The notes beneath the pieces were generated by a model. It was not told the origin of the DNA. It ran no database searches and saw only the letters and a list, made by a program, of their open reading frames with translations. Positions 9,571-19,580 of a stretch of DNA of 64,000 nt are shown in pieces. The translations under genes were made by a program, and so were the position numbers. The stretch is from Minisyncoccota bacterium (GTDB lineage Bacteria; Patescibacteriota; Microgenomatia; PFEM01; JAFGMK01), in the NCBI GenBank assembly GCA_016927565.1, contig JAFGMK010000024.1, positions 6,105 to 70,104 on the forward strand, read 5' to 3'. Each line of letters opens with the position of its first letter. Within the stretch, counting starts at the first letter, position 1.

Positions 9571-10941
9571 CTAAGAATTGGCAGCGATAAATTTATAGCC
9601 TCTTCCCCTCAAAGTCACAATTCTACTCGCCGAGCCAACCTTAATCAGTCTCTTTCTTAGCTTACTAATTAACTGATCAATCGCCCAATCAGAATATTTA
9701 TCATACGAATCCTCTCCCCAAAGCACCTCGCCTAAGTTATCTCTTGTTTTTAAAACGCCCGGAGCTTTTAGAAAGAACATTAAAACATTGTATTCCTGAG
9801 TAGTGAATTTCTCTTCAACCGGCTGGCCCCGAAAAAGAATAGCCCCTCGCTCGGGACTGTAAGTTAAGTCCTGCGACGAGCCGGCTGTCATCACCACCTC
9901 TTTCTTACCTAGACAGACTTGCTCAAAAACCTCTCCATAGAGCCGCCATCGGCCATCCTCGGCTTTATAAATCAAACCAAGCTTACTTAAGAGATGATTC
10001 TCCAGGGAGGTTTCTTCTTCAACCCTATCCCCAGCAGCAATCCTTCTCAAAAGCGATCTTGCCTCATCAGAAAGCACTTCTAGAACACCCCCAGAAACCG
10101 CATTCAGCTCATAATGAGCCAAAATTTGTTTTTTAAGTTTGTCCAAGCCTACCTTTTTTCCATTAAACAGGGCAATTGTCCGAGCCGCCACCACAATCGA
10201 ATAAGGATGAGGCCCGCAACTCGCCTTGATCAAATTCTTTTCTTTGTCAGAAAACTTTCTCTTAAAACGAGAGGTAATCCTATCGATTAAATAATCAATC
10301 TCTTTTCTAAAAATCGGGATGTATAAAACATTCTGCAATAAAAGCTCATTAAGATCCTTATACCGGGCAATTTTATCCAAGTCGACAATCTCCTCCCGAT
10401 TTAAAAAAACAAAGTGAACTAACGGGGCAAATTTAAGCCATAGAAATTTTAAATTGTTATAAAAAACTCCATCAGCAAAGTCTAATTCATCAAACTCCCC
10501 CAGAAAAAAAACAATCTCTAAACCGCAATCAGCCACTTTTTTTACCAGTTCATTTACTTTTGACAGAAGCCGAGCGTAACTTAACTTATCTCCTTCAAAA
10601 ACTTTTAGATCCTTCTCAGAAATTACCCCACGGCACTCTTCTCTCGTCAGACAGGCATCAACCAAGCTTTTTCCAACTAACCTAAAATATCCCCGAGCCG
10701 ACTCTTCAATTAATTCTAACGGCTCAATATAAACCAATAAATAATCATTAAAATTAGAAATAATTTTAGGAAAAAGATTAATATTTTCGATAACAAATTT
10801 TGTCACAACTCTCCGGCCTGCCATTGGCACCCAAATCATTGTTACGCTTTCGCCTCTTTTAATCGGTTCGAAAACTAACTTGACTAAATCCTCAATCGTT
10901 TCTTTGCCCAGCGGGTAAAAAAACTTAGACTGCTGAACCAT
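9571..10941 (-). CDS. STAND/AAA-like ATPase domain plus C-terminal OmpR/PhoB-type winged-helix regulator
   Basis: Degenerate Walker A (WVPMAGRR), Walker B (FFLGEFDE), CGPHP motif; C-terminal TTQEYNVL...VLWG...IDQLISKLRKRL...IVTLRGRGY. Confidence 0.82.
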   Translation of the reverse strand: MVQQSKFFYPLGKETIEDLVKLVFEPIKRGESVTMIWVPMAGRRVVTKFVIENINLFPKIISNFNDYLLVYIEPLELIEESARGYFRLVGKSLVDACLTREECRGVISEKDLKVFEGDKLSYARLLSKVNELVKKVADCGLEIVFFLGEFDELDFADGVFYNNLKFLWLKFAPLVHFVFLNREEIVDLDKIARYKDLNELLLQNVLYIPIFRKEIDYLIDRITSRFKRKFSDKEKNLIKASCGPHPYSIVVAARTIALFNGKKVGLDKLKKQILAHYELNAVSGGVLEVLSDEARSLLRRIAAGDRVEEETSLENHLLSKLGLIYKAEDGRWRLYGEVFEQVCLGKKEVVMTAGSSQDLTYSPERGAILFRGQPVEEKFTTQEYNVLMFFLKAPGVLKTRDNLGEVLWGEDSYDKYSDWAIDQLISKLRKRLIKVGSASRIVTLRGRGYKFIAANS

Positions 10942-10956
10942 GCTCTATCTCTCCAG

Positions 10957-10986
10957 TCAGATAAAAATCAGAATTCACTCAGATAA
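10957..10986 (-). promoter_or_regulatory. three TCAGA direct repeats at 11-bp period; candidate wHTH operator
   Basis: TCAGA starts at 10957, 10968 and 10979, just upstream of the regulator ATG. Confidence 0.45.
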
Positions 10987-11644
10987 TATCAAACATTTTT
11001 TTAAAATGCAATGAGAAAAAAATAGTCTTATAACAATAATTTTGAGGATCCTTAAGTAAGCCATTTTTTTTGATTTAAACCAAGTGTAAAACTGGGTTTC
11101 CTAAAAAAGCCCAAAAGATGAACCGGCTTATAACCATAAAACCCGCTTATTCTTATCTGAGTTTTAACCTTTAACTTTTTAGTTCGCCTTTGACAATCTC
11201 GGCACAGAAAGAGAACTTTTAGATCACAGAAAAAACTGTACTTTCGATATACCGGAATAACCTTAAAAGACTCTCGGAAATTAGTGAGTCGGCCTGCTGC
11301 CGTTATTCTACAAATCGCCCCCCAGGCAATCTTTTGCCAAAAGGCTACTGGCCAGTCTTAAATCACCTTCCCCCTTTTTTTCTCTCTCCTCAGCTCCTTC
11401 AAATTCCACAAAAACAATCAATGACAGAATTTAGCTAAAGCTTCTGCCGAGCCCAAGTCTACTCCAGAACCTTCCGGAACAGGATCACTTTTAATCCCTC
11501 AATATAAATGAAGCGCTTTTGGTTATCAGTCACCAAAAAGGACTCCCCTGGTCAAGGCCACCCTTTCACCCAACTCCGGCAATCTCTCTAGCTTCTTTAA
11601 TCGATAACGTCGTGTAATTCATACTTAAATAGTATTTAGAAAGT

Positions 11645-11938
11645 TCAAACTTTGTTAAAGTTAACGTTTTTTTTCAACTCCTTCAGCTTCCACATAAAGA
11701 GCCGGCCCCGGGATTTAACCTTATCCGCCCCTTTAACAAAATTTAAAGCCTCCTCAAGCAAACCGCGGGGAGTTTCCTTAGCCAATTTAATATAAAGCGC
11801 TTTATGTTTAAGATCATTCAAGGCCTCAGCTAAACGATAACCATAATCCTGAAATTCCTTAGAAATGTACTTTTTTTTATCCCAATCAAAATCCTTTAAG
11901 ATATCATTCAGAGAAAACATGCCTTTTTTAGAGCTCAT
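11645..11938 (-). CDS. small hypothetical protein (97 aa)
   Basis: Basic helical ORF (YISKEFQDYGYRLAE...LFMWKL) with natural composition. Confidence 0.75.
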   Translation of the reverse strand: MSSKKGMFSLNDILKDFDWDKKKYISKEFQDYGYRLAEALNDLKHKALYIKLAKETPRGLLEEALNFVKGADKVKSRGRLFMWKLKELKKNVNFNKV

Positions 11939-11995
11939 ACGTAACTCTCAATTGATCTAATTAACTTGAATTAAATCAAGTCAATCCTTAAAGTT

Positions 11996-13225
11996 TTACC
12001 TTCCCAAAATTCTCCTTTTAACCTTCTGCCACCAGGGTTCTTCCTCCTGAGATATAATCAAGCCCCGCATTAAAACCCCGACAACTCCAAGCGCAAAAAT
12101 CCAGAACCAAGCCACTTCAAAAAGAAAGAGCAAGCTTAAAAGCAGACAAGCCAGCATTCCGAAAAAATGAATTATAAACTCTCTTTCCACCATAAACTCC
12201 AACCGCCGCATTTCCCGGGCTTTCTCATAAAAAGCGCTATCAAACGGCGTCGTCACCAAACCGGCAGTAAAATCATAAACCGAATCAACCAGGAATAAAC
12301 CAAAAGGATTAGACAGAAAAGCTCTTAGCAAGATATTAAAACTATTAATCAGCGTTCCTAAATAAAGAATTGACTTACCCTTTTTGTCAATCCATCGGCC
12401 CACAAACCAAAACAGAGCCACCGAAACCAGGGCGGCCAATGATTTGATCAATCCTAAAGTTTCATAGCTCTCAACCAGTAAAAAAATAAATAAGGGCCAA
12501 GCCAAACCCAAAACCGCCGTTTCCAGTTCTCCCCCCGCAAACGAAAGCCAAAACCGACTCCGGTCCTTCCTGAATAAATGACCTTTTATTTTTTTGAAAG
12601 ACAACCTCATTCCTTTGGCATTAATCGTGTCAAAAAAAAGCGGCAAACCGGAAATGGCTATCAAAACTAAAGCAAGGGCGAAAAGAGGCCGGAAACCCAG
12701 AGAAGCAATGATTACTCCTCCGGCCAAAGGACCGGCCAGACCAGTGATTTTGTTAACAATCTGCAACTGAGAAACCTCCCGCCCGTATTTACCGTCCATA
12801 TTTTCAGCAATGGTAAAGGCATAATGAAAAGGCAGCCAGGTTGCCGTCACCGTCAAGCCCCAAAGAAAAGTTGCCGGCCACAAAAAAACAGGCTGAGCTT
12901 CAGCTTGAAGGAAAAGGAAAATAAAACCGGCGCGTGCCAGGCTACCCAAAAAACTCAACCAGTCAATCCCCCATTTTCTCACCAGCCAGGCAACCGGATA
13001 ATCGGAAACAATCACCCAAAAATGATAAAGGGCAAAAAAAAGAAAAACATAAACAATATGGCCGGTCAATTTTAAAATATAGAGAGGAATAAAAAGACCG
13101 ATCAGACTCATTCCCAGAGAGCGGAAAGCGCTGCTCAAATAAAGACCGGCATATCCGCTCAGACAAGGCCTACTCCTAAAAAAATCCAAACTGAAACCGT
13201 TGATTTTTTCGGGATAATAAGACAT
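11996..13225 (-). CDS. MFS transporter
   Basis: About 12 TM segments; GRWIDKKGK loop; GPLAGG. Confidence 0.85.
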   Translation of the reverse strand: MSYYPEKINGFSLDFFRSRPCLSGYAGLYLSSAFRSLGMSLIGLFIPLYILKLTGHIVYVFLFFALYHFWVIVSDYPVAWLVRKWGIDWLSFLGSLARAGFIFLFLQAEAQPVFLWPATFLWGLTVTATWLPFHYAFTIAENMDGKYGREVSQLQIVNKITGLAGPLAGGVIIASLGFRPLFALALVLIAISGLPLFFDTINAKGMRLSFKKIKGHLFRKDRSRFWLSFAGGELETAVLGLAWPLFIFLLVESYETLGLIKSLAALVSVALFWFVGRWIDKKGKSILYLGTLINSFNILLRAFLSNPFGLFLVDSVYDFTAGLVTTPFDSAFYEKAREMRRLEFMVEREFIIHFFGMLACLLLSLLFLFEVAWFWIFALGVVGVLMRGLIISQEEEPWWQKVKRRILGR

Positions 13226-13304
13226 AGAAAAAATTCAAAACGTCAAGAATAAAACGCAAATCCGAAAGTGGAATCCAGCTGTTATCCGGCTTTGAATATC
13301 AAGC

Positions 13305-13904
13305 TTAATTAAATTGATTCATGGCTGATTCAACCCCCCCCTCCAAAGCCAATTGAACCGCCCCCGCTGCCGTTTTGATCAGCCGTCTTAACTCGTCCTG
13401 CTCTGTGATTAAAAAATCGCTCAAGACAAAAGCGGTCATTTCGTCATGGGAATCATATTTGATAGCCGTCTTTCCCCCTCCTTTGACGGAACCGGCACGG
13501 TAACGGCCAATTCCCAAACGGAAACGGACAAAATCAATCGTTTTCAAGTGATCAATCACTGATAAAACGCCTTTATGACCAGCCGAACCGCGGCTTCTGA
13601 CAATCCTGATTCTCCCCAAGGGCAAATCGACATCATCGTGTAAAAGATAAAAATCTTCAGCTTTAACCCGGTAAAACTCGGCCAGCTTTTTCACCGCCAA
13701 ACCTGACTCATTCATGAAGACTGCCGGCTTAACCAGGATTGCTTCCTGATCAGGCAAAAAAGAAACAGAACACGAAAACTTTTTTTTAATTCTGAAAGAA
13801 ACCCGTTTTTGCCGAGCCAATCGGTCAAGCACCATAAAACCCAAGTTGTGGCGGGACCGCTCATATTTTCTGCCCGGGTTGCCGAGACCGACAATAAGTT
13901 TCAT
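13305..13904 (-). CDS. pth: peptidyl-tRNA hydrolase
   Basis: LIVGLGNPG, RHNLGF, MNESG, HDDVD, GHKG, RLGIGR. Confidence 0.97.
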   Translation of the reverse strand: MKLIVGLGNPGRKYERSRHNLGFMVLDRLARQKRVSFRIKKKFSCSVSFLPDQEAILVKPAVFMNESGLAVKKLAEFYRVKAEDFYLLHDDVDLPLGRIRIVRSRGSAGHKGVLSVIDHLKTIDFVRFRLGIGRYRAGSVKGGGKTAIKYDSHDEMTAFVLSDFLITEQDELRRLIKTAAGAVQLALEGGVESAMNQFN

Positions 13905-14101
13905 AATTCGACTGACAATAAATAATTGTAAATTTTATACTGCAATTTTGGAATTTGCCTTTTAGATTTTAATTTTACAAAATCCTCCGGCAACAACTAT
14001 TAATAATCAGTTTAAAAGGACCTCTCCGACCGATACCGATCTCAAGCAGTTTCCCTCTTAACCGATTCTGCTTTGTCGCCCTCGGGATTTTTATTTGGCG
14101 C

Positions 14102-14443
14102 CTATTTTATTTTCCCCAACTGCTTCTCGGCAAAATCGCCAATTACCGGCAATTTGAATTTCTCTCCCTGATAGGCCTTATAAATTAAAACCAGCCAAAG
14201 GACAAAGCTAACAATGCCCAGAATTGGCGTCAGCAACCATCCCAGAAAGGGAAATATTGCAATAATTGTCAGAGCTCCAAAAACCAAAATCGATTGCATC
14301 GCATGGAAACGAACATAGGCATCTTTTTCCAGGATTAAAAACAAAATACCCGTTGCCCAGCCAAGGGCGTAGGAAAGAGCGGCTGTCGTATTCTTAGGCA
14401 AGCCGGTCCCTTTTTTCAATTTTTGTTTTTCTTCTTCAGCCAT
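14102..14443 (-). CDS. DUF4870-like membrane protein
   Basis: AALSY.LGW.TG, VRFHAMQS, KAYQGE..KLP.IG; start chosen after the GGAGGTG SD. Confidence 0.85.
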   Translation of the reverse strand: MAEEEKQKLKKGTGLPKNTTAALSYALGWATGILFLILEKDAYVRFHAMQSILVFGALTIIAIFPFLGWLLTPILGIVSFVLWLVLIYKAYQGEKFKLPVIGDFAEKQLGKIK

Positions 14444-14517
14444 AATCTCACCTCCCCTCATTATCAATCTTTAAGAAAATAAGTCCTGACTAAAATTAAC
14501 ATTAGCAGGCAAAAGAA

Positions 14518-15876
14518 TCAACCGGAGAAAAGGCTCATTTGTTTTCTCCCCAAAGCTGTTTTTTTTGCCTCACTCCAAATTTTGACCTTGCCGAATTCGC
14601 CGTCAAAACCGGGATCAATAAAAACCTCTCCTTCGCGCACTTTTTTAATACCCATCGCTATTTTTTCCCCGCTTGTTCCGGCAATTTCTTTCACCGGTAT
14701 TTTTAAAAGAACATCCAGCTCATTGTCAAAATCAGCGATTAAACGCTCGTACTCTCTTTGGACAACCTGGCTGGCAATGCCGCTCTCCAAAACCTCCGCC
14801 AGAATCTCCGGCAAGGGAACCATCATTACATAGGGCGGGCGGCTGCCCCCCCTGATCCAATTCAGTCCGGTTTTGCCTATCGCTTTCCGATCCATATCCA
14901 TCTGATCCTGGTCAGCTAATTGCCGAACCCGATCCATCACCCCTACCGTTAACTTCCGGCCGCAAACCGGACAGATCACGCCCCGCCTTTTTGTTTCCTC
15001 GGGTGGTTGTTTAATACCACAATGTCGATGGCCAGTCCAATGGTATTTACCTTCCTGGGGGTAAAATTCAACCGTATAACCAATCTCAAATCGTCCCGCC
15101 GGATTATTTCTAATTGCCCCGGCAATATCAGAATATGTGAGCCGGGAAAGAGGAAATGATCCCTGCTTGCCGTCGTGCGCATTGATTATTGCAGATCGCG
15201 TTTTAAAAACCGTTACCTCTCTGCCCAATTTAGTCAAACTATGAGCATCAGAAAAAGAAAGTATGGCCCGATTCTTTAATTCTCCTACCGGCCAGTTCAT
15301 TGCCGGATCAGATGACAAGCCTGTTTCGATGCCGTAAATATATTGAGCCGAACTGCCAAAACACTCCCGGATCGAATCAAAACCAGACCTGGAACCATAA
15401 AGAGAGAACCAGGGCGTCCAGATATGACAGGGAATCACCAGGCAGCTCTTATCAATCGCCAAGACCAAATCAACTAAGTTCTGGGCCGACAAGCCGACAA
15501 TTGGCCGACCGTCACTTGATAAGTTCGCCCCCTGCTTCTTCAAAACTTTAATAATTTTTTCAGCAGTTTGAAAACCGGGAACCAAAACCAGATTATGAAT
15601 TCGCCGGGTTCTGCCTCCCTGAGAATAAATACTGGCAATTTCAGTAGCTAAAAGAAAAAGAATCTCAGGCTCTTGATCAAAGCTAAAAAGACCTCCCTCT
15701 GCAGGTTTCAAATTCTCTTTAAGTTCTTTCAACCACGAAGGATGAGTCCAGTCAGCCGTTCCCACCAGATCAATTCCTTTTCTTTTTGCCCAAAAAGCAA
15801 TTTCCGGAACTATCATTTTCGGCGATACCGCGCGGGAATAACGACTATGTAGGTGCAAATCAGCTACTAACTCCAT
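14518..15876 (-). CDS. PHP-domain endonuclease Q family protein
   Basis: ADLHLHSRYSRA, ETGLSSDP, SDAHS, EGKYH, CPVCG, PGFDGEFG. Confidence 0.88.
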   Translation of the reverse strand: MELVADLHLHSRYSRAVSPKMIVPEIAFWAKRKGIDLVGTADWTHPSWLKELKENLKPAEGGLFSFDQEPEILFLLATEIASIYSQGGRTRRIHNLVLVPGFQTAEKIIKVLKKQGANLSSDGRPIVGLSAQNLVDLVLAIDKSCLVIPCHIWTPWFSLYGSRSGFDSIRECFGSSAQYIYGIETGLSSDPAMNWPVGELKNRAILSFSDAHSLTKLGREVTVFKTRSAIINAHDGKQGSFPLSRLTYSDIAGAIRNNPAGRFEIGYTVEFYPQEGKYHWTGHRHCGIKQPPEETKRRGVICPVCGRKLTVGVMDRVRQLADQDQMDMDRKAIGKTGLNWIRGGSRPPYVMMVPLPEILAEVLESGIASQVVQREYERLIADFDNELDVLLKIPVKEIAGTSGEKIAMGIKKVREGEVFIDPGFDGEFGKVKIWSEAKKTALGRKQMSLFSG

Positions 15877-15884
15877 CTTCTTAC

Positions 15885-16868
15885 TTACGGATGAGCCAGT
15901 TCAAACAAAACTATCGCCAGATAGAAACCAATCAAAAAAGCCCCCTCCCACCGCTCCAATTTCCTTTTAGTCCTGACAAAAAAGTAAAAAAGGCCAAAAA
16001 CCACCACATAAGCCATTGTCGCCAAAAGATAGTCCCCGAAAGCCCGAACCCGAAAAGGAGCAATTAACGCCGTCGTCCCAATCACCAAAGTTCCATTGGC
16101 AACTATTGAACCCAGAAGATCGCCCAATGCCATTTGCGGCTTCTGAGCCTTAATCGCTTTAATTTCAAAAACCAGCTCCGGCAAAGAAGTCCCCACCGCC
16201 ACAATAATCAAACCAATCAAAAGAACCGGCAAATTAAGCTCAAGCGCCAAAGTCTTAGCTGTTTTAACCAACATATCAGCTGAAAAAAGCAAAAGAGCCG
16301 CCCCAAAAAAGATCCAGGCAATTTCTTTCACCTGCCGGGTTGAAGGACCAACTTTTAACCGCCGAAGAATCTTTCTCACCCAACCCTGCTTCTTCCCTCT
16401 TCCTTCTGCTACCTGACTGACCCTTTCTGACAAAACAGAAAAATTATAAAAGCCATAAAGAATCAGCAGAATTATCCCGTCAATTCGGGAAAGCTTCCGG
16501 TCAAATAGCAAAAGCATCGGCGCCGACCCGGCCAAAAAAGCGTAAAAAACATCCCTTTTTAAAAAAAGCCCCTCGATTGACAAGCCTCCTCCTAACACCG
16601 CCGCCCCTCCGATAACCAGAGAAAGATCAGCGATATTAGAACCAATCACATTCCCTAAAGAAAGCGCCGGCGTCCCTTCTAAAGCACTGCTGATCCCAAT
16701 AAAAAGTTCAGGCAAGCTTGTTGCCAAAGCCAGAATGAAAGCAGTAATAAAGAATTCACCTAACCAGGTCGATTCAGCCAGCTTCTTTAAATTAATAATC
16801 AAAATATCCGTCGCTTTGATTAAAAAGAAGCAAAAAACAAAGATTAAAAAAACATTAAGCAAGATCAT
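15885..16868 (-). CDS. sodium:calcium antiporter (CaCA family)
   Basis: Two alpha-repeats: ATSLPE...GNVIGSN and GTSLPE...GDLLGS. Confidence 0.92.
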   Translation of the reverse strand: MILLNVFLIFVFCFFLIKATDILIINLKKLAESTWLGEFFITAFILALATSLPELFIGISSALEGTPALSLGNVIGSNIADLSLVIGGAAVLGGGLSIEGLFLKRDVFYAFLAGSAPMLLLFDRKLSRIDGIILLILYGFYNFSVLSERVSQVAEGRGKKQGWVRKILRRLKVGPSTRQVKEIAWIFFGAALLLFSADMLVKTAKTLALELNLPVLLIGLIIVAVGTSLPELVFEIKAIKAQKPQMALGDLLGSIVANGTLVIGTTALIAPFRVRAFGDYLLATMAYVVVFGLFYFFVRTKRKLERWEGAFLIGFYLAIVLFELAHP

Positions 16869-16877
16869 TAAAGTCCA

Positions 16878-19424
16878 TTATATTTTTTTATTCCGACTAA
16901 TAAAGACCCATTTAACCAGCTCTATCCCCGCCGTATTAACTAAACCCAAAGCCAAAACAATCAGCCAAAAAAACCAGCCCATTTCCTGAGTTTTCAAAAT
17001 CGTCGCCAAAAACGGATGATAAATACCAGCCAAAAGAAGGATAAATCCAATCAGGACCGAAACAATCAGAAAAGAGTTTGAAAAAAGGTTTTCCTGCCAA
17101 AGATTCTGTCTCAGAGTTTTACAGGAAAAGACATAAAAGAGCGAGTTAATTGCTAAGCCGGCAAAAATCACCGTTCTTATCAAATCCATCTCTAAACCCG
17201 TCTTCAAAAGAAGCAGATAAACTCCGAAAAGTAAAAGATCGGTCACCAGACCGATAATAAAAACAATCGTTTTAATTTCCTGATCGAGAATCGGCGCTTT
17301 TTTTAACCGCGGCGGATCTCTCATCAGTTCCGGATCGTTCGGCTCAAAAGCCAAAGCCAGACCCGGCAAGCCATCTTCAACCAGGTTAACCCACAAAATC
17401 TGCGCCGGTAAAAGCGGAGTCGGCAGACCCAAAAGAAGGCTTCCGCCGATTAATATCACTTCGGTAAAACTATCCGCCAGGAGATATAAAACTACTTTTT
17501 TTATGTTTTCAAAAATCCCCCGGCCTTCTTCCACCGCCGCCACAATTGTTTTAAAATTCGAATCCAGCAAAACCATATCTGCCGTTTCCTTAGCCACTTC
17601 CGAAGCCTCGCCGACAACCACTCCGATATCAGCTTTCTTTAAAGCCAGCGCATCGTTCACACCATCTCCCATCATTGCTACTGAATGGCCCTGATCCTGA
17701 AGAACCTCAACAATTTTAATTTTTTGTTCCGGAGTAGTTCGGGCAAAAAGAACCGTTTCTTCCACTCTTTTATTCAGTTCCTCGGCGGAAATCCCTTCCA
17801 GTTCCCAACCTTCCATAATTTGACCGGTCTTAAGGCGGCTACCGGAAACTTTAAGTTTATCAAGAACCGCCACCGCTGTATGACGATAATCGCCGGTAAT
17901 TACCTTCACCCTAATCCCCGCCTGCCGGCAAAGCCTCAAACTTTCCTCCACTTCCGCCCGCACCGGATCCTCAAATAATAAAAAACCCAGCCATTTTAAA
18001 TTCAGTTTCTGCCAATTGCCATTAAGCCGGCCGTCATATTTCCCGAAGCCATGTTTTAATCGGGAAAAGCCGGTTTTTAACTTGTTTAAACCGCCTGCCG
18101 TCCAGGCAAAGGCAACCACCCGCAGGCCTTTTTTGGTCACTTTATCCAACCTGCTCCGCCAGATTTTTTTTTGTTCCGAGGTCAAAGTTGACAATTCCAT
18201 TACCATCTCCGGCGCCCCTGAGAGAAAAAATTCTCCCCCCTTTTGGTCGGCTGAACCGACTAAAACCGCAATAAATTTTTTTTGCGAAGAGAAAGGCATT
18301 TCTGCCAGACGGGGGTGGCGACGAATCAGACCCTCCACTTCGGCAAGTTCATTTCTTGCCCAAGCCATCATTGCCAACTCCAAAGGATTAGTCATATTAT
18401 TAGCCAAAACTGCCGCTTTTAAAATTTTCTCTCTGGTTTCCTTATTTCCGTCATCATCAGTTTGACAACCGATAACCTTCATCTTCCCTTCAGTCAAAGT
18501 ACCAGTTTTATCCGCGGCGATGACATCAACCGAACCCAGAGTTTCAGCCGCCAGCAATTTTCTGACTAATCCTTTTCTTTTTAAAATGCGTCCCATTCCC
18601 AGAGTTAGAATTACAGTCAGAGAAACCGCCAAGCCTTCAGGAATCGCCGCCACCGCTACCGCTACTGAAAGGGTAAACATCTCGATAAAACCTCTTCCCG
18701 TCCAAATTCCTTCTAAAAAAATAATCAAACAAATCAGGGAAAAAATAATCGCCAAAACCTTTGAAAGCTGGCTTATTTGTTTTTTAAGGGGCGTTTCTTC
18801 AGCTACCGTTTGGCTCAGCTTAGTTGCAATCCGGCCCACTCTGGTTTCCGCCCCTGTTTTAACTGCCAGCATTTTCCCCCGGCCCGAAGCTACCACTGTC
18901 CCCATAAAAACATCGGCCTTGTTCTTCTTTAAAACCGGCTTGCTTTCGCCGGTTAAAATCGCCTCATTGCTATGAAAGTCAACCGCCTCAATCAGCCGGC
19001 CGTCGGCCGGAATCTTGTCACCCGTCAAAAGAACAACTAAATCACCGGGAACGATTCTCTCAACCTCGATTTGAACTTCTTTGCCCTCCCTGATTACCCG
19101 CGCTTGCGGAACTAAAATTTCTTTCAAAGCCAGGAGCGATTTTTCCGCTTTGTACTCCTGAATAAAACCAAGCACCGTATTAATCCCTACGGCTAAAAAA
19201 ATAACGATTGAATCGGTCCACTCTTTCAAAAAGAGAGTAACCAGTCCTGCCAGAAACAGAATGTAGATTAGGGGTGATTTAAACTGGGCCAAAAACAGCT
19301 TTGGCCAAAAAAGCTCTTCTTTTCGATTGATTTCATTGGGTCCAAACTTCAAAAGTCTTTTTTCCGATTCCGAAGAGGTTAAACCGAACTCGGGATTCCG
19401 ATCTGTCTTTTTAGTCTTAACCAT
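16878..19424 (-). CDS. cation-transporting P-type ATPase (P2 type)
   Basis: TGES, PEGL, DKTGTLT, TGD, GDGVND. Confidence 0.95.
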   Translation of the reverse strand: MVKTKKTDRNPEFGLTSSESEKRLLKFGPNEINRKEELFWPKLFLAQFKSPLIYILFLAGLVTLFLKEWTDSIVIFLAVGINTVLGFIQEYKAEKSLLALKEILVPQARVIREGKEVQIEVERIVPGDLVVLLTGDKIPADGRLIEAVDFHSNEAILTGESKPVLKKNKADVFMGTVVASGRGKMLAVKTGAETRVGRIATKLSQTVAEETPLKKQISQLSKVLAIIFSLICLIIFLEGIWTGRGFIEMFTLSVAVAVAAIPEGLAVSLTVILTLGMGRILKRKGLVRKLLAAETLGSVDVIAADKTGTLTEGKMKVIGCQTDDDGNKETREKILKAAVLANNMTNPLELAMMAWARNELAEVEGLIRRHPRLAEMPFSSQKKFIAVLVGSADQKGGEFFLSGAPEMVMELSTLTSEQKKIWRSRLDKVTKKGLRVVAFAWTAGGLNKLKTGFSRLKHGFGKYDGRLNGNWQKLNLKWLGFLLFEDPVRAEVEESLRLCRQAGIRVKVITGDYRHTAVAVLDKLKVSGSRLKTGQIMEGWELEGISAEELNKRVEETVLFARTTPEQKIKIVEVLQDQGHSVAMMGDGVNDALALKKADIGVVVGEASEVAKETADMVLLDSNFKTIVAAVEEGRGIFENIKKVVLYLLADSFTEVILIGGSLLLGLPTPLLPAQILWVNLVEDGLPGLALAFEPNDPELMRDPPRLKKAPILDQEIKTIVFIIGLVTDLLLFGVYLLLLKTGLEMDLIRTVIFAGLAINSLFYVFSCKTLRQNLWQENLFSNSFLIVSVLIGFILLLAGIYHPFLATILKTQEMGWFFWLIVLALGLVNTAGIELVKWVFISRNKKI

Positions 19425-19580
19425 TCGGGTGAAATTAAAAAATAACTATTTTCAGTATACCCAATCAGCCTCAAGAAAAACAGCCCAAACCCAAATCAGT
19501 ATTTATCTAAACCAGCCAAAATTATCCACTGAAACTCCACAACTGTTTGGATTTAACGGACAAACTTTATCCCAAAAAAA

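Noticed and set aside
10990-11644. Replication origin or pseudogene in the long intergenic gap
   Set aside because: No cluster of TTATCCACA boxes; only short interrupted frames with no recognisable homology.
14015-14095. GC-rich segment upstream of pth as a structured RNA
   Set aside because: Only a 6-bp stem (AAGCAG/CTGCTT) was seen, with no known motif.
17503-18975. Antisense ORFs in the track (also 7868-8365, 25870-26223, 33188-33727 and others)
   Set aside because: They are shadows of well-supported opposite-strand genes and have no motifs.
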